In this document: positions 37,178-46,842 of the stretch, piece by piece
Position numbering within the stretch: position 1 is the first letter of the stretch
Layout of the letters: every line of letters begins with the position of its first letter
Assembly (NCBI GenBank): GCA_023381415.1
Contig: JAMCUN010000009.1
Location: 26,616 to 90,615, forward strand
DNA from: Thermoplasmatota archaeon
GTDB taxonomy: Archaea > Thermoplasmatota > Thermoplasmata > Thermoplasmatales > GCA-001856825
DNA: 64,000 nucleotides
Direction: 5' to 3'
Notes under the pieces: generated by a model
The model's input: the letters and a program-made list of their open reading frames with translations, nothing else
What the model was told of the DNA's origin: nothing
The model's database searches: none
Translations under genes and position numbers: made by a program

Positions 37178-37948
37178 TTGACCTATTGCGTTGTGTCCAT
37201 CAAGGTCCAATCCCTGAACAAATTCTACGGGCAGAAGAGAGTTCTTTCAAACTTCTCCATCGAAATTCCTGACGGGGAAATATATGGGATACTGGGACCG
37301 AACGGATCTGGAAAAACAACCCTACTGAAGATAATGGCAGGCATTTCCCAGTTCGATGGAGGTTCAGTTACCGTAGACGGAATAGACGCGAAGACTGACC
37401 AGATTGCAATAAGGAAGATAGTAGGGTATGTTCCTGAAACCCCTTACCTCTACGAGAGCCTTACACCTTATGAATACTTCAGTTTCATAGGGTCAATAAG
37501 GGGAATACCAAGGGATGTGGCCCAGAGAAGGGCTGACGACCTGACGAAGGCGTTCGGGATGGAGGAGTACAACGACCAGTTCATAGGCAGCCTCTCCTTC
37601 GGAACAAGGCAGAAGGTTTCGATCATAGCTTCCCTCATCCACTCACCAAAGATTCTCATCCTCGACGAGAGCATAAACGGCCTGGACCCGCAGTCGGCGA
37701 AGATATTCAGGGACCTGCTGAGGAGCCTTTCCCAGGACGGGATGACAGTGGTCTTCTCCACTCATATACTTGAGATTGCGGAGAACGTATGCGAGGAGAT
37801 AGCGATAATGAAGGGAGGGGAGATCGTTGCCCAGGGAAGGACGTCAGAACTCCTGAAGGAAAGGAACCTGGAGGATGTGTTCATCGACCTCACTTCCACA
37901 GAAGACATAAGTTCTGTTGTAAGCGCACTCAGGGGCTCCCTGAGATAA
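37178..37948 (+). CDS. ABC transporter ATP-binding protein (ABC-2 type), no adjacent permease
   Basis: Walker A GPNGSGKTT, signature LSFGTRQK, Walker B LILDES, H-loop STH. GTG 37193 is a likely alternative start. Confidence 0.85.
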   Translation: MTYCVVSIKVQSLNKFYGQKRVLSNFSIEIPDGEIYGILGPNGSGKTTLLKIMAGISQFDGGSVTVDGIDAKTDQIAIRKIVGYVPETPYLYESLTPYEYFSFIGSIRGIPRDVAQRRADDLTKAFGMEEYNDQFIGSLSFGTRQKVSIIASLIHSPKILILDESINGLDPQSAKIFRDLLRSLSQDGMTVVFSTHILEIAENVCEEIAIMKGGEIVAQGRTSELLKERNLEDVFIDLTSTEDISSVVSALRGSLR

Positions 37949-37999
37949 GTTGATAATTGACGCAACAAAATTATTAGTTTCCGAAGGCATACTAGTGTT

Positions 38000-39082
38000 A
38001 TGCTATCCTACAGCAAGATTTCCAACCCCCTTTTGAAACCGTTCAAGACAAGTTTCGGAACGCAGCTCACCCGTGACGCTGTCATTCTAACATACATGGA
38101 CGAAAGCATGGAGGCTTATGCTGAAGCAGTCACTGATGAGGCGCCGCTCTACGGATACGAAGACAACTACACGCTGTTCCACGTAATAAACAACCACCTC
38201 AAGACCATTTTTTCCCCTGACCTGGAACCAGAAAAGTTCAACGAAAAGGCCAAAGAGATCAGAGGGCACAACATGGCGAAGGGGGCGATGGAAATGCTTC
38301 TGTGGGATATAAATGCGAAGAGGGAGGGCAAGCCGCTGCACAAGTTCCTCGGAAAGAGCAAGGGGTACGCTGATGTGGGTATATCGATCGGGATGTCTTC
38401 GATAGATGACGAGATGAGGACAATAGAGGAATCACTGAAGAAGGGGTACAGGAGGATAAAGGTGAAGATAGAAAGGGGGTTCAATGTGGAGCTGTTGAGG
38501 GCAATCAGGAACAGGTTTGGCGACATCCCCCTGAGCGCAGACGCGAACCAGGGATTCACAAGGGACGATTTCAAGATTCTTAAGAAGATAGATGAGTTCA
38601 ACCTCATCTACATAGAGCAGCCCCTCCCCCTTGAGGACATCAACGGTCATGCCCTCCTCAGGAAAGAGATCAAGACGCCGATCTGCCTTGACGAAAGCAT
38701 AGAATCCGTGGAATCTGCAACGAATGCAATCGAAAGGGGGGCGGTGGACGTGATAAACATCAAACCTGGGAGGGTGGGAGGATTGCAGAACTCGCTTGAT
38801 ATCATGGAAAAGGCCAGGGAGAGGGGGGTGAATATCTGGATAGGGGGAATGCTTGAGACAGGAATTGGACGGTCGTTCAACATATCTCTCGCATCAAACT
38901 CTCTCGTCAACATGCCAGGGGACACATCGCCGAATTCCAGGTATTTCAAGAAGGACATAACAAACGAAACGTTCGAGATGAAGGACGGAAGGATAGCGCC
39001 TTTAAAAGGAAATGGAATAGGAGTAACGCTCGATTACAGATTCCTGAGCACACTTCAGGTGGAAGGGGGGAGGCTGCTTTGA
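38000..39082 (+). CDS. enolase-superfamily OSBS / N-acyl(succinyl)amino-acid racemase
   Basis: KxK (IKVKIERG), metal ligands ADANQGF, IEQPL, LDESI, second Lys NIKPGRVGG. N-terminal capping domain PLLKPFKTSFG. Confidence 0.8.
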   Translation: MLSYSKISNPLLKPFKTSFGTQLTRDAVILTYMDESMEAYAEAVTDEAPLYGYEDNYTLFHVINNHLKTIFSPDLEPEKFNEKAKEIRGHNMAKGAMEMLLWDINAKREGKPLHKFLGKSKGYADVGISIGMSSIDDEMRTIEESLKKGYRRIKVKIERGFNVELLRAIRNRFGDIPLSADANQGFTRDDFKILKKIDEFNLIYIEQPLPLEDINGHALLRKEIKTPICLDESIESVESATNAIERGAVDVINIKPGRVGGLQNSLDIMEKARERGVNIWIGGMLETGIGRSFNISLASNSLVNMPGDTSPNSRYFKKDITNETFEMKDGRIAPLKGNGIGVTLDYRFLSTLQVEGGRLL

Positions 39083-40185
39083 TAGAGCTATCAGAGGTAG
39101 AGAAGATTTACCCCCTCGTGGTAGAGTACAGAAGGCACATCCACGAGAACCCTGAACTCGGGATGGAGACTGTGGAGACCAAGAACTACGTCAAAAAACT
39201 GGCTGCTGATCTTGGATTCTCAGTCAAGGAGGTCGGTAACGGGCTGATCGTCGATTCCGGCAGGTCGCCCAGGATAGCCCTGAGGGCCGACATGGATTCC
39301 CTTCCGATTGTGGAAGAGACAGGTCTTCCCTTCTCCTCCAGGACAAGGGGAAGGATGCACGCTTGCGGACATGACCTTCACACTTCCGTACTCATGGGCG
39401 TTATGGTGTATTGCAAGAGGATGAGCATGAAGCCCGTGAGGTTCATATTCCAGCCAGGGGAGGAGATTGGGGAGGGGGCTGCCATGATGATCGAGGGCGG
39501 CGCGCTTGAAGGGATATCAAACGTATTCGGCCTCCACGTCTGGCCTTCTCTCGGTGTGGGAGAGTATTCTATATGCAAGGGGAAGGCAATGGCTGCTGTT
39601 GATTCCTTCGAGATAAAAGTCAGGGGGGCCGGAGGGCACGGCGCCTACCCTCATCTTGCCTACGATACTGTGCTGGAGGCATCGAGGATCATCCAGTACC
39701 TGCTCACCGTTCCAGCGAGGAAGGTGGACCCACTGAACTCCGCAGTACTCAGCGTCGGGTACGTCAGAGGGGGGACGGCGAAGAACATAATACCTGCGGA
39801 GGTGGAGATAGGTGGAACGGTAAGGACGTACACCAGGGAGGATTCGGAGATAATGGAGAGAGAAGTGATGAAGCTCAGGGGAGAGCACGTGGAAGCATCT
39901 TACACGAGGGAACTGCCTCCACTGGTGAACGATGAGAAATTTGCTAAGTCAGTGGATGCTGTTGCCTCTAAATACCTGAAGCAGGTGAGCGCAAATCCTA
40001 CGATGGGTGGGGAGGACTTCGCGTTCTACTGTTCCAGGATCCCCTGCGCATTCGCATTCCTTGGAACAGGGAAGATTAAGGGAAAGGAGGTGTCGAAGCA
40101 TTCAAGCATATTCGACATCAATGAGGAGGCCCTGAAGTACGGAATGCTTCTTCATCTTTCCGCACTGGAATCTGCGAACCTTTGA
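39079..40185 (+). CDS. M20D family amidohydrolase (N-acyl-L-amino-acid amidohydrolase type)
   Basis: RRHIHENPEL, HACGHDLH, GGEDFA blocks. TTG start overlaps the upstream stop by 4 nt. Confidence 0.85.
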   Translation: MIELSEVEKIYPLVVEYRRHIHENPELGMETVETKNYVKKLAADLGFSVKEVGNGLIVDSGRSPRIALRADMDSLPIVEETGLPFSSRTRGRMHACGHDLHTSVLMGVMVYCKRMSMKPVRFIFQPGEEIGEGAAMMIEGGALEGISNVFGLHVWPSLGVGEYSICKGKAMAAVDSFEIKVRGAGGHGAYPHLAYDTVLEASRIIQYLLTVPARKVDPLNSAVLSVGYVRGGTAKNIIPAEVEIGGTVRTYTREDSEIMEREVMKLRGEHVEASYTRELPPLVNDEKFAKSVDAVASKYLKQVSANPTMGGEDFAFYCSRIPCAFAFLGTGKIKGKEVSKHSSIFDINEEALKYGMLLHLSALESANL

Positions 40186-40313
40186 TGGCAGTCCGCATTC
40201 CAATTTCTCCCACTTTCAAGGCAGGGCATTCGGAAATTTGAAATGAGAATGACATGTGATGGAAATCCGGGAAATGCAAACAAGATTTATTATTGATGCT
40301 GTTATTAAGATGA

Positions 40314-40685
40314 GTGGTCGATCCCGCATCAAACTATTTTTCTTGTAGTGATAAAGAGAGGGCGATTTTCGAGGCAGGAGTCAAGCTTGGTTCAATTTAT
40401 CACCAGTACACCGGCATACCGATAAACAATAGCAATGTGGATTTCCTTGAAAGGGCGATAGAGAAGGCGGTATCCGCTCAACCGTTCGTCACCATGGTAA
40501 AGGTGAGCGTTGACAGGAGGAAGGTTGGGAAATCCAAGCCAGCCTACAGGTACAAGACCCTTCTCGGGGACATGATGGACGTTAAGCTGCACATCAAGTA
40601 CGGGAAGGCAGTGGTGGAGGGAAGGATGGCCTGGGTGTCGTCGATGAAATACCCCCTGATGAGATTCAAGGTGCTTAAGGAATGA
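40314..40685 (+). CDS. archaeal dihydroneopterin aldolase (MptD)-like protein
   Basis: ERAIFEAGVKLGSIYHQYTGIPI resembles the MptD-family signature as I recall it (ERA.FE.GIKLGALYHQF.G.PV). About 120 aa. GTG start. Confidence 0.5.
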   Translation: MVDPASNYFSCSDKERAIFEAGVKLGSIYHQYTGIPINNSNVDFLERAIEKAVSAQPFVTMVKVSVDRRKVGKSKPAYRYKTLLGDMMDVKLHIKYGKAVVEGRMAWVSSMKYPLMRFKVLKE

Positions 40686-41221
40686 AGGTCAAGATATCCC
40701 TGGCAGGGTTGCCCGGAGTTGGCAAGACGAACACGCTGCTGAAGACGATAGACATACTTGAGAAGGAGGGGAACGTCGTTGGAGGGATACTGACGGAGAA
40801 GGTGATGGACGGGAAGGAGGCTGTAGGGCTGAAGGTGCTGGACTGGCACAGCAAGGCGTCCATAATATTCGCACACAAGAGCATAAACTCCAGGATAAGG
40901 ATAGGGAAGTTCGGCGTGGACCTGAAGGCGTTCGACCAGGTGGCGATACCGGCAATAGAATGGTCCAAGGAGAATGCTGATGTCATAGTCATAGACGAGG
41001 TCGGCAAGATAGAGCAGGAGAGCAAGGCTTATACAGAGAAGGTTAAGGAGGTCCTAGAGCTGGACAAGATGATGATAGTCACTCTCCACAAGAAGGGGCG
41101 CAACCCTCTGCTCCAGGAAGTGAAGAAGAGGGATGATGTAAGGAGCCTAGAGGTGACGCAGATAAACAGGACTCTCCTTCCATACAAAATAGCCCAGCTC
41201 CTCAAGGGAGAGGAAGCTTGA
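40682..41221 (+). CDS. THEP1-type nucleoside-triphosphatase
   Basis: Walker A GLPGVGKTN and Walker B VIVIDEVGKIE. 179 aa. ATGA overlap with the upstream gene. Confidence 0.8.
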   Translation: MKVKISLAGLPGVGKTNTLLKTIDILEKEGNVVGGILTEKVMDGKEAVGLKVLDWHSKASIIFAHKSINSRIRIGKFGVDLKAFDQVAIPAIEWSKENADVIVIDEVGKIEQESKAYTEKVKEVLELDKMMIVTLHKKGRNPLLQEVKKRDDVRSLEVTQINRTLLPYKIAQLLKGEEA

Positions 41222-42216
41222 TTGTCCGTGAAGGATCGGTGGAAATAGAGACTATATCGACCTTCGAGAAGGGTCCCGGAAGCATATCCCCCGGTTTTTA
41301 CAACAGGACGATGGAAGTATCCAGGGATATGACGGTTGCGCTCCTTGGCACACAGAAACCCGGCATAGCGCTTGATTCCATGGCAGGGACGGGAATAAGA
41401 GGGTTGAGGATAGCAAAGGAGACGAAGTGGGAAGTGGTGCTCAACGACAGGGATTCCAGGAACACTGAGATAGAGAAGAGGAACGCAAGGATGAACTCCC
41501 TCGAGCCTGAGATAATGAGGGGGGATTACTTCTGCGCCGTCTCGTCCAGGAAATGGGATTATATAGACGTGGATCCGTTCGGCTCCCCTGCCGGGCTGGT
41601 GGAGGCTGCGGTGACGAACTTGAAGAACGGCGGAATACTTGGCATTACGATGACTGACACCGCCAACCTGGAGGGGAAGTCAATCACCAAGGGGGAGAGG
41701 ATTTACGGATCGAGGTCGGTGAGGGGAAGATATTCAAGGGAGATTTCAACGAGGATATTCCTGAAATATGTCATAGAGCGGGGGGCCTCCCTTGGAAGGG
41801 CAGGAAGGCCACTTCTTGCAGTGAGGGAGGGGCATTTCATCAGGCTGTTCGTGAAATTCAAGAAGGGGAACAGGGTTGCTGATGATGCCCTCAAGAATAT
41901 CAGGGTAGCGGAGGTTGAGGGAGAGGAGGTAGGACCTCTCTATATGGGAGAGCTTTACGACCGCTCCGTTCTAAATGGCATGAAAGATTTCCCCTTCTCC
42001 CGCACATCCAGGGACATCTTTTCTAACTTCTGGAGCGAGGACCTGATGTTCCTCTTCTACGGGAATTCAAACGGGGAGAAGGAGATAAGGAAACTGAGGA
42101 TAATAGAAGGGCTGAAGGATAGGGGTTACGATGCCGGAGGGACAAATTTCAATGAGAAGGGTATCAAATCGAACGTTGATGCTGAGGAATATAGAAAAAT
42201 ATTGAACTCTCTATAA
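41218..42216 (+). CDS. trm1: tRNA (guanine26-N2)-dimethyltransferase Trm1
   Basis: FYNRTMEVSRDM, SAM-binding LDSMAGTGIRGLR, IDVDPFGSPA. TTG start overlapping the upstream stop. Confidence 0.85.
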   Translation: MIVREGSVEIETISTFEKGPGSISPGFYNRTMEVSRDMTVALLGTQKPGIALDSMAGTGIRGLRIAKETKWEVVLNDRDSRNTEIEKRNARMNSLEPEIMRGDYFCAVSSRKWDYIDVDPFGSPAGLVEAAVTNLKNGGILGITMTDTANLEGKSITKGERIYGSRSVRGRYSREISTRIFLKYVIERGASLGRAGRPLLAVREGHFIRLFVKFKKGNRVADDALKNIRVAEVEGEEVGPLYMGELYDRSVLNGMKDFPFSRTSRDIFSNFWSEDLMFLFYGNSNGEKEIRKLRIIEGLKDRGYDAGGTNFNEKGIKSNVDAEEYRKILNSL

Positions 42217-42268
42217 AAACTCAATATTTGAACAGATTTATTTAGTCGAAGACCCTTCCGTTGTAGGC

Positions 42269-43087
42269 ATGAAGGGATATCTCGCATTGATGAGACCTAT
42301 CAATGCCGTCATGGCATCCTTCGGGACGGTGATAGGGGGAGTGATTGCAGTCGAGAATATTCGCGGACTGCTATATCCAAAACTATACCTCGCCATGGCA
42401 GTTGTTTTCCTTGTGCTCCTTGGCGGGAACATACTTAACGACTACTTCGATGCAGATACAGACAAGATAAACCATCCCGCGAGGCCAATACCTTCAGGCC
42501 AGGTCTCAAGGAAATCAGCCAAGTACCTGGCTGTGGTACTCTTCGCTCTCGGTCTCCTCATTTCCATATTCACTCTAAACCCCCTGCAGTTCCTGATCGC
42601 AGTCCTAGCAGTATTCCTTCTTGTTACATACGAGTGGAAGACTAAGGCCTGGGGACTGGTGGGGAACATCATAATATCATCCCTTGTAGGCCTGATATTC
42701 GTCTATGGGAGCATGTCGATAAAGCTGACCTACGTGGTTATAGTGCTTTCCCTCATGGCATTCCTGGCCAACCTTGCGAGGGAGATAGTTAAGGACGTTG
42801 AGGATGTGTCAGGTGACGTGAACAGGACCACCCTTCCGAAGAAGATAGGGAAGGGGTTGAGCCTTGTGGCTGCTGCAATTCTGATAATAATAGCGGTCAC
42901 GCTTACGCCTATACCCTATGTGTTCTTTAACTGGAGCAGGTTCTACGCGGTGACTGTTGCGCTGTCGGACGTAGTGTTCATAGTATCCGTATTCTACTTC
43001 TTCAACGACCAGACAAAGGGGCAGAACCTGATAAAGATAGGCATGATCCTTGGGCTGGTCGCATTCCTGGTTGGTAGCGCTATATGA
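42269..43087 (+). CDS. UbiA-family prenyltransferase, digeranylgeranylglyceryl phosphate synthase
   Basis: Asp-rich motif NILNDYFDADTDKINHPARPIPSG, about 8 TM segments. Translationally coupled to the GGGP synthase gene. Confidence 0.8.
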   Translation: MKGYLALMRPINAVMASFGTVIGGVIAVENIRGLLYPKLYLAMAVVFLVLLGGNILNDYFDADTDKINHPARPIPSGQVSRKSAKYLAVVLFALGLLISIFTLNPLQFLIAVLAVFLLVTYEWKTKAWGLVGNIIISSLVGLIFVYGSMSIKLTYVVIVLSLMAFLANLAREIVKDVEDVSGDVNRTTLPKKIGKGLSLVAAAILIIIAVTLTPIPYVFFNWSRFYAVTVALSDVVFIVSVFYFFNDQTKGQNLIKIGMILGLVAFLVGSAI

Positions 43088-43800
43088 TACTCGAGAACAT
43101 CAAATATGGACGGATCAGGCATCTGACGCTTCTTGACCCAGAAAAGAACGGGCCTGAGAATACTGGCAGTGTGATAGACTTCATAAACAGGGCAGGGAGC
43201 GACGCAATACTTGTTGGTGGATCAACTGGCACCGGAAAGAAATCTGTGGACGAACTTGTTGTAGCGATAAAGAAACTCACCAGGAAACCTGTTATACTCT
43301 TCCCCTCGAGCCCTGATGCATTTTCCCCCAGGGCCGACGGAATATTCTACCTGAGCCTCCTTAATTCAATGGACCTGAAATACGTGATGGGGTACCAGGT
43401 GCAATCCGCTAGACTTCTGAAAGGCACAAGGATGGAAGTGATTTCAGTTGCCTATCTCGTCTTCGAGCCTGGCATGACTGTGGGAAAGGTCGGGGGGGCG
43501 AAACTGATAGGGAGGGATGATGTGTCATCTGCACTGGACTACGCCACGGCTGCCGAGCTGATCGGCTTCCACGCGATCTACCTCGAGGCAGGGTCGGGTG
43601 CACCAATGAGCATTGACCCGAAGGTGGTAAAGGCAGTCTGCGAAGATATGACCATTCCGGTGATAGTTGGTGGCGGCATAAGGGATCCAATCACTGCAAG
43701 GAAGATGATCGATTCTGGGGCGGCTGCGGTCGTCACGGGCACGGTTGCTGAAAAGGACCCGGAGATGCTGGGAAAGATAGTCAGGGCTATAAAGGACTAG
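43084..43800 (+). CDS. geranylgeranylglyceryl phosphate synthase (PcrB/GGGPS family)
   Basis: GGSTG, YLEAGSGA, VGGGIRD blocks of the TIM-barrel GGGPS family. Confidence 0.85.
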   Translation: MILENIKYGRIRHLTLLDPEKNGPENTGSVIDFINRAGSDAILVGGSTGTGKKSVDELVVAIKKLTRKPVILFPSSPDAFSPRADGIFYLSLLNSMDLKYVMGYQVQSARLLKGTRMEVISVAYLVFEPGMTVGKVGGAKLIGRDDVSSALDYATAAELIGFHAIYLEAGSGAPMSIDPKVVKAVCEDMTIPVIVGGGIRDPITARKMIDSGAAAVVTGTVAEKDPEMLGKIVRAIKD

Positions 43801-44414
43801 ACCTCGGACTCTATCTTCTGGAGGTTAAGTTTTGCCTTGTTGTTTGAAGGGTCAAGTGAAAGCGCCTTCTCGAAATCGGCGACTGCCGTTGCATTGTCCC
43901 CCTTTCCCATGTATGCGAGACCCCTGTTGACGTAGTAGTCGGCATTCTGCGGGTTGAGCTTTATAGACTGGTCGTAGTTCTTGATTGCGTTGTCGTATTC
44001 TTTGAGATAGAAGAATGCGTTGCCAAGATTCACGAATCCGTCCAGATAAAGTTCGTCTATTTCCACGCTCTTCTGGAGGTTCTCGACCGCCTTCCTGTAG
44101 TCCCCCCTCTCCAGGTAAACGCTTCCTACGTTGAAATATAGGTCCTGGTCACCCCTTCCTTCCTTGATGAGCTGATCGAATATCTCCAGTGCCTTGTCGT
44201 ACTTACCTGAGTGGAAATATGTGACTGCAAGGTTGAATCTTGTTTCATAATCCTCCGGCTCCAGTTCAAGAGCCTTCTGGAAGTTGTCTATCGCCTCCTT
44301 GTACTTCTTCAGCGACAGGTACCTAGATCCCCTTTCGAAATAGATCTCGGCGCTTACTGCCCTCTCCTGATCCTTGCTCTCTTCCTTGTTTTCCTTCGTT
44401 ACTCTAAAGTCCAT
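43797..44414 (-). CDS. TPR repeat protein
   Basis: Five or six tandem 34-aa repeats with the A..YF..G..Y...G.Y..A...F.KALELDP-type pattern. Confidence 0.8.
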   Translation of the reverse strand: MDFRVTKENKEESKDQERAVSAEIYFERGSRYLSLKKYKEAIDNFQKALELEPEDYETRFNLAVTYFHSGKYDKALEIFDQLIKEGRGDQDLYFNVGSVYLERGDYRKAVENLQKSVEIDELYLDGFVNLGNAFFYLKEYDNAIKNYDQSIKLNPQNADYYVNRGLAYMGKGDNATAVADFEKALSLDPSNNKAKLNLQKIESEV

Positions 44415-44459
44415 TGGTCAGTTGAAATAAAGAAGGAAATAAAATGTTTGTCAAGAAAA

Positions 44460-45794
44460 TTAGGACATTTCCTTCAGTACTTGCCTCACAGTTTGTGAGA
44501 ATTCCTCTATGTCATCTTCGTTGACAATCAGGGGCGGCCTCAACCTTATGGTCCTCTCAGAAGCCTTCAGCACTACAACCCCCTTGGAATACATCCTGTC
44601 GAAGAACTCGTCCCTCTTCTTCTCATTCTTGAAGTCTATTGCGTCCAGGACACCCTTCCCCCTTGGGTTGAGCACCACCCCTGGGTACTTTTCGTTCATC
44701 TCGTTCAGGAATTCCACTATTATCTTTCCCATCCTTTCCGCATTCCTGACGAGGTCGTACTTCTTCATGATCTCAAGAATCTTAGTTGATCTTACCATGT
44801 CTGCCAGATTCCCTCCCCACGTGGAGTTTATCCTGCTTGAAACTTTGAAAACATTGTCCTCGACCTCATCCACTTTCTTACCTGCTATTATGCCGCATAC
44901 CTGTGCCTTCTTCCCGAATGCGAGTATGTCTGGCTCGATGCCGTAGTGCTGGTGTGCCCACCACCTTCCCGTTACACCCATCCCCGTCTGCACTTCATCC
45001 ACTATGAACAGTGAGTCGTTTTCGTGGACTACATCCATTGCCCTCTCGAAGTATTCCTTCCTGAACTGGTTGTCCCCTCCCTCGCACTGTATAGGCTCCA
45101 TTATGAAGGCTGCAATGTCGTCCTTGTTCTTCCTGAACGCCTCCTCCATTTCGGCTATGCTCTTGTCCTCAAGCTTCTCCACATCTGAAACAGATTTCTC
45201 CGTGAGCGGGAAATTTATCTTAGGGTTCGTTATCCTCGGCCAGTCGAACTTGGGGAAGTACATAGTTTTCCTCGGGTCGAATGTGTTCGTCATTGAAAGT
45301 GTGTATCCGCTTCTCCCGTGGAAAGCCTCCTTGAGGTGAATAATCTTGGTCCCTTTCTCCCCCTTCACACCTTCCTTCACGTTCTTCCTTACCTTCCAGT
45401 CGAATGCTGTCTTGAGCGCGTTCTCCACTGCCAGTGCCCCACCATCTATGAAGAAGTAATGCTCCATGTATTCAGGGCCGGCGATCTTTGCGAAATGATC
45501 AACGAACCTTGCCATCTCCGGGGTGTAGATATCCGAATTCGTGACCTTTGTTATTGCGGCCCACTTGAGGTCCTCCAGGAAGTCCTTTTCAAACATGTCT
45601 GGATGATTCATTCCCACCGCATTTGATGCGAAAAAACCGAAGAAGTCCAGGAAGCTCTTCCCAGTCTCCATGTCGTAGAGCCTCATACCCTTGCTCTTCT
45701 GCAGGTTCAATATGAGGGGAAGGCCATCTGCAAGCATGTGAGTGGAAATGATCTTTTTGATCCCATCGGCGTCCAAAAAATCCTCTGTAATCAT
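44460..45794 (-). CDS. class III aminotransferase, L-lysine 6-transaminase (LAT)-like
   Basis: N-terminal HMLADGLPLILNLQKSKGMRLYD...FFGFFASNAVGMNHP resembles LAT. DEVQTGMGVTGRWWAHQH and the PLP-Lys region AFGKKAQVCG are present. Confidence 0.75.
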   Translation of the reverse strand: MITEDFLDADGIKKIISTHMLADGLPLILNLQKSKGMRLYDMETGKSFLDFFGFFASNAVGMNHPDMFEKDFLEDLKWAAITKVTNSDIYTPEMARFVDHFAKIAGPEYMEHYFFIDGGALAVENALKTAFDWKVRKNVKEGVKGEKGTKIIHLKEAFHGRSGYTLSMTNTFDPRKTMYFPKFDWPRITNPKINFPLTEKSVSDVEKLEDKSIAEMEEAFRKNKDDIAAFIMEPIQCEGGDNQFRKEYFERAMDVVHENDSLFIVDEVQTGMGVTGRWWAHQHYGIEPDILAFGKKAQVCGIIAGKKVDEVEDNVFKVSSRINSTWGGNLADMVRSTKILEIMKKYDLVRNAERMGKIIVEFLNEMNEKYPGVVLNPRGKGVLDAIDFKNEKKRDEFFDRMYSKGVVVLKASERTIRLRPPLIVNEDDIEEFSQTVRQVLKEMS

Positions 45795-45866
45795 AGAACT
45801 AAATTTAAAGAAAAGATATATATTTTTCTAAGTTTTAAAATTATCCTAACATAAAAATAAAACAAA

Positions 45867-46514
45867 CTATTTTTTAATCGCACTACATTCCTTGATCTCT
45901 ATTCCTTCACCGAACGTTTCTGATATATTCCTGACCATCATTTCAAGGAAGCCCTCTTCGTCGACACTGTGCCCAATCTCCTTTGCAAGGGATGTCATCA
46001 CTCCAGGGTCCATGTCACAGGGGTTTATTTTGAAGAATTTCGAAAGGTCGGTGTTCAGGTTCACTGCTATTCCGTGGAATGTGGAAAAGCCTCTCACCGC
46101 GAAGCCTATTGAGCATATTTTTCTATCGCCGACCCACACCCCTGTCTCCTTGAAGAGCCTTCCTTCTCCTTTCACTCCATAGTAACCAAGCGTCAGAATC
46201 AATGATTCCTGCACCCTTTCTATCATATCCCTTACGTTCATCTTCCTTTCCTTGAGGTTGAAAATGAAATAAAGGACCAGCTGCCCCTTTCCGTGGTACG
46301 TCAGGTTTCCCCCCCTTTCCACCCTTATGATGGGCACCGAATAATCTCCTCCATTCTCCTCCCTGAAATGGATCCCTCCTGTATAGGTATCATCATGCTC
46401 AGTTGCAATGATTGTGTCCCCTATCCTGCCCTCGTTCCTTTCCTCGTTCAGTCTTCTCTGCAGTTGCAGGCAGTCGTCGTATTCCATCGGGATGCAACGG
46501 TAGAGGTTGATCAT
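45867..46514 (-). CDS. lipB: octanoyltransferase LipB
   Basis: RGGNLTYHGKGQLVLY and DRKICSIGF (catalytic Lys/Cys region). 215 aa. Confidence 0.85.
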   Translation of the reverse strand: MINLYRCIPMEYDDCLQLQRRLNEERNEGRIGDTIIATEHDDTYTGGIHFREENGGDYSVPIIRVERGGNLTYHGKGQLVLYFIFNLKERKMNVRDMIERVQESLILTLGYYGVKGEGRLFKETGVWVGDRKICSIGFAVRGFSTFHGIAVNLNTDLSKFFKINPCDMDPGVMTSLAKEIGHSVDEEGFLEMMVRNISETFGEGIEIKECSAIKK

Positions 46515-46842
46515 TGTCTATGGTAATAACTCAAGGGATAAATTCTATTTGAACCGTATTTGACGTAGCTGGGATGGACCGCTGAACCCTGGATAGCTTT
46601 GCGGCTGAATATAGGACAAATCGTGAGCAGGTGGATCTCTACCAGCTTTTATCACTTCATAGGTGTCATTCCCTGATAACACCCCTTCGGTAATGAATGA
46701 AGAAACATCGCATTGGAATCCTTGAACTACCTTTCCCTACCCGTGATTGAAGAGCCAAGTGTTGGGCACGCCTGTTCCAGTGGCACCCATCGGCACATTT
46801 TGATGTAGCTTAGAGGAAGTCACTGAAAAGAAGGAGAGGAGG

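Noticed and set aside
46540-46620. TPP-riboswitch-like fragment (GAACCCTGGATAGC...)
   Set aside because: It lacks the UGAGA element and complementary P4/P5 arms. No downstream gene on that strand could be regulated by it.
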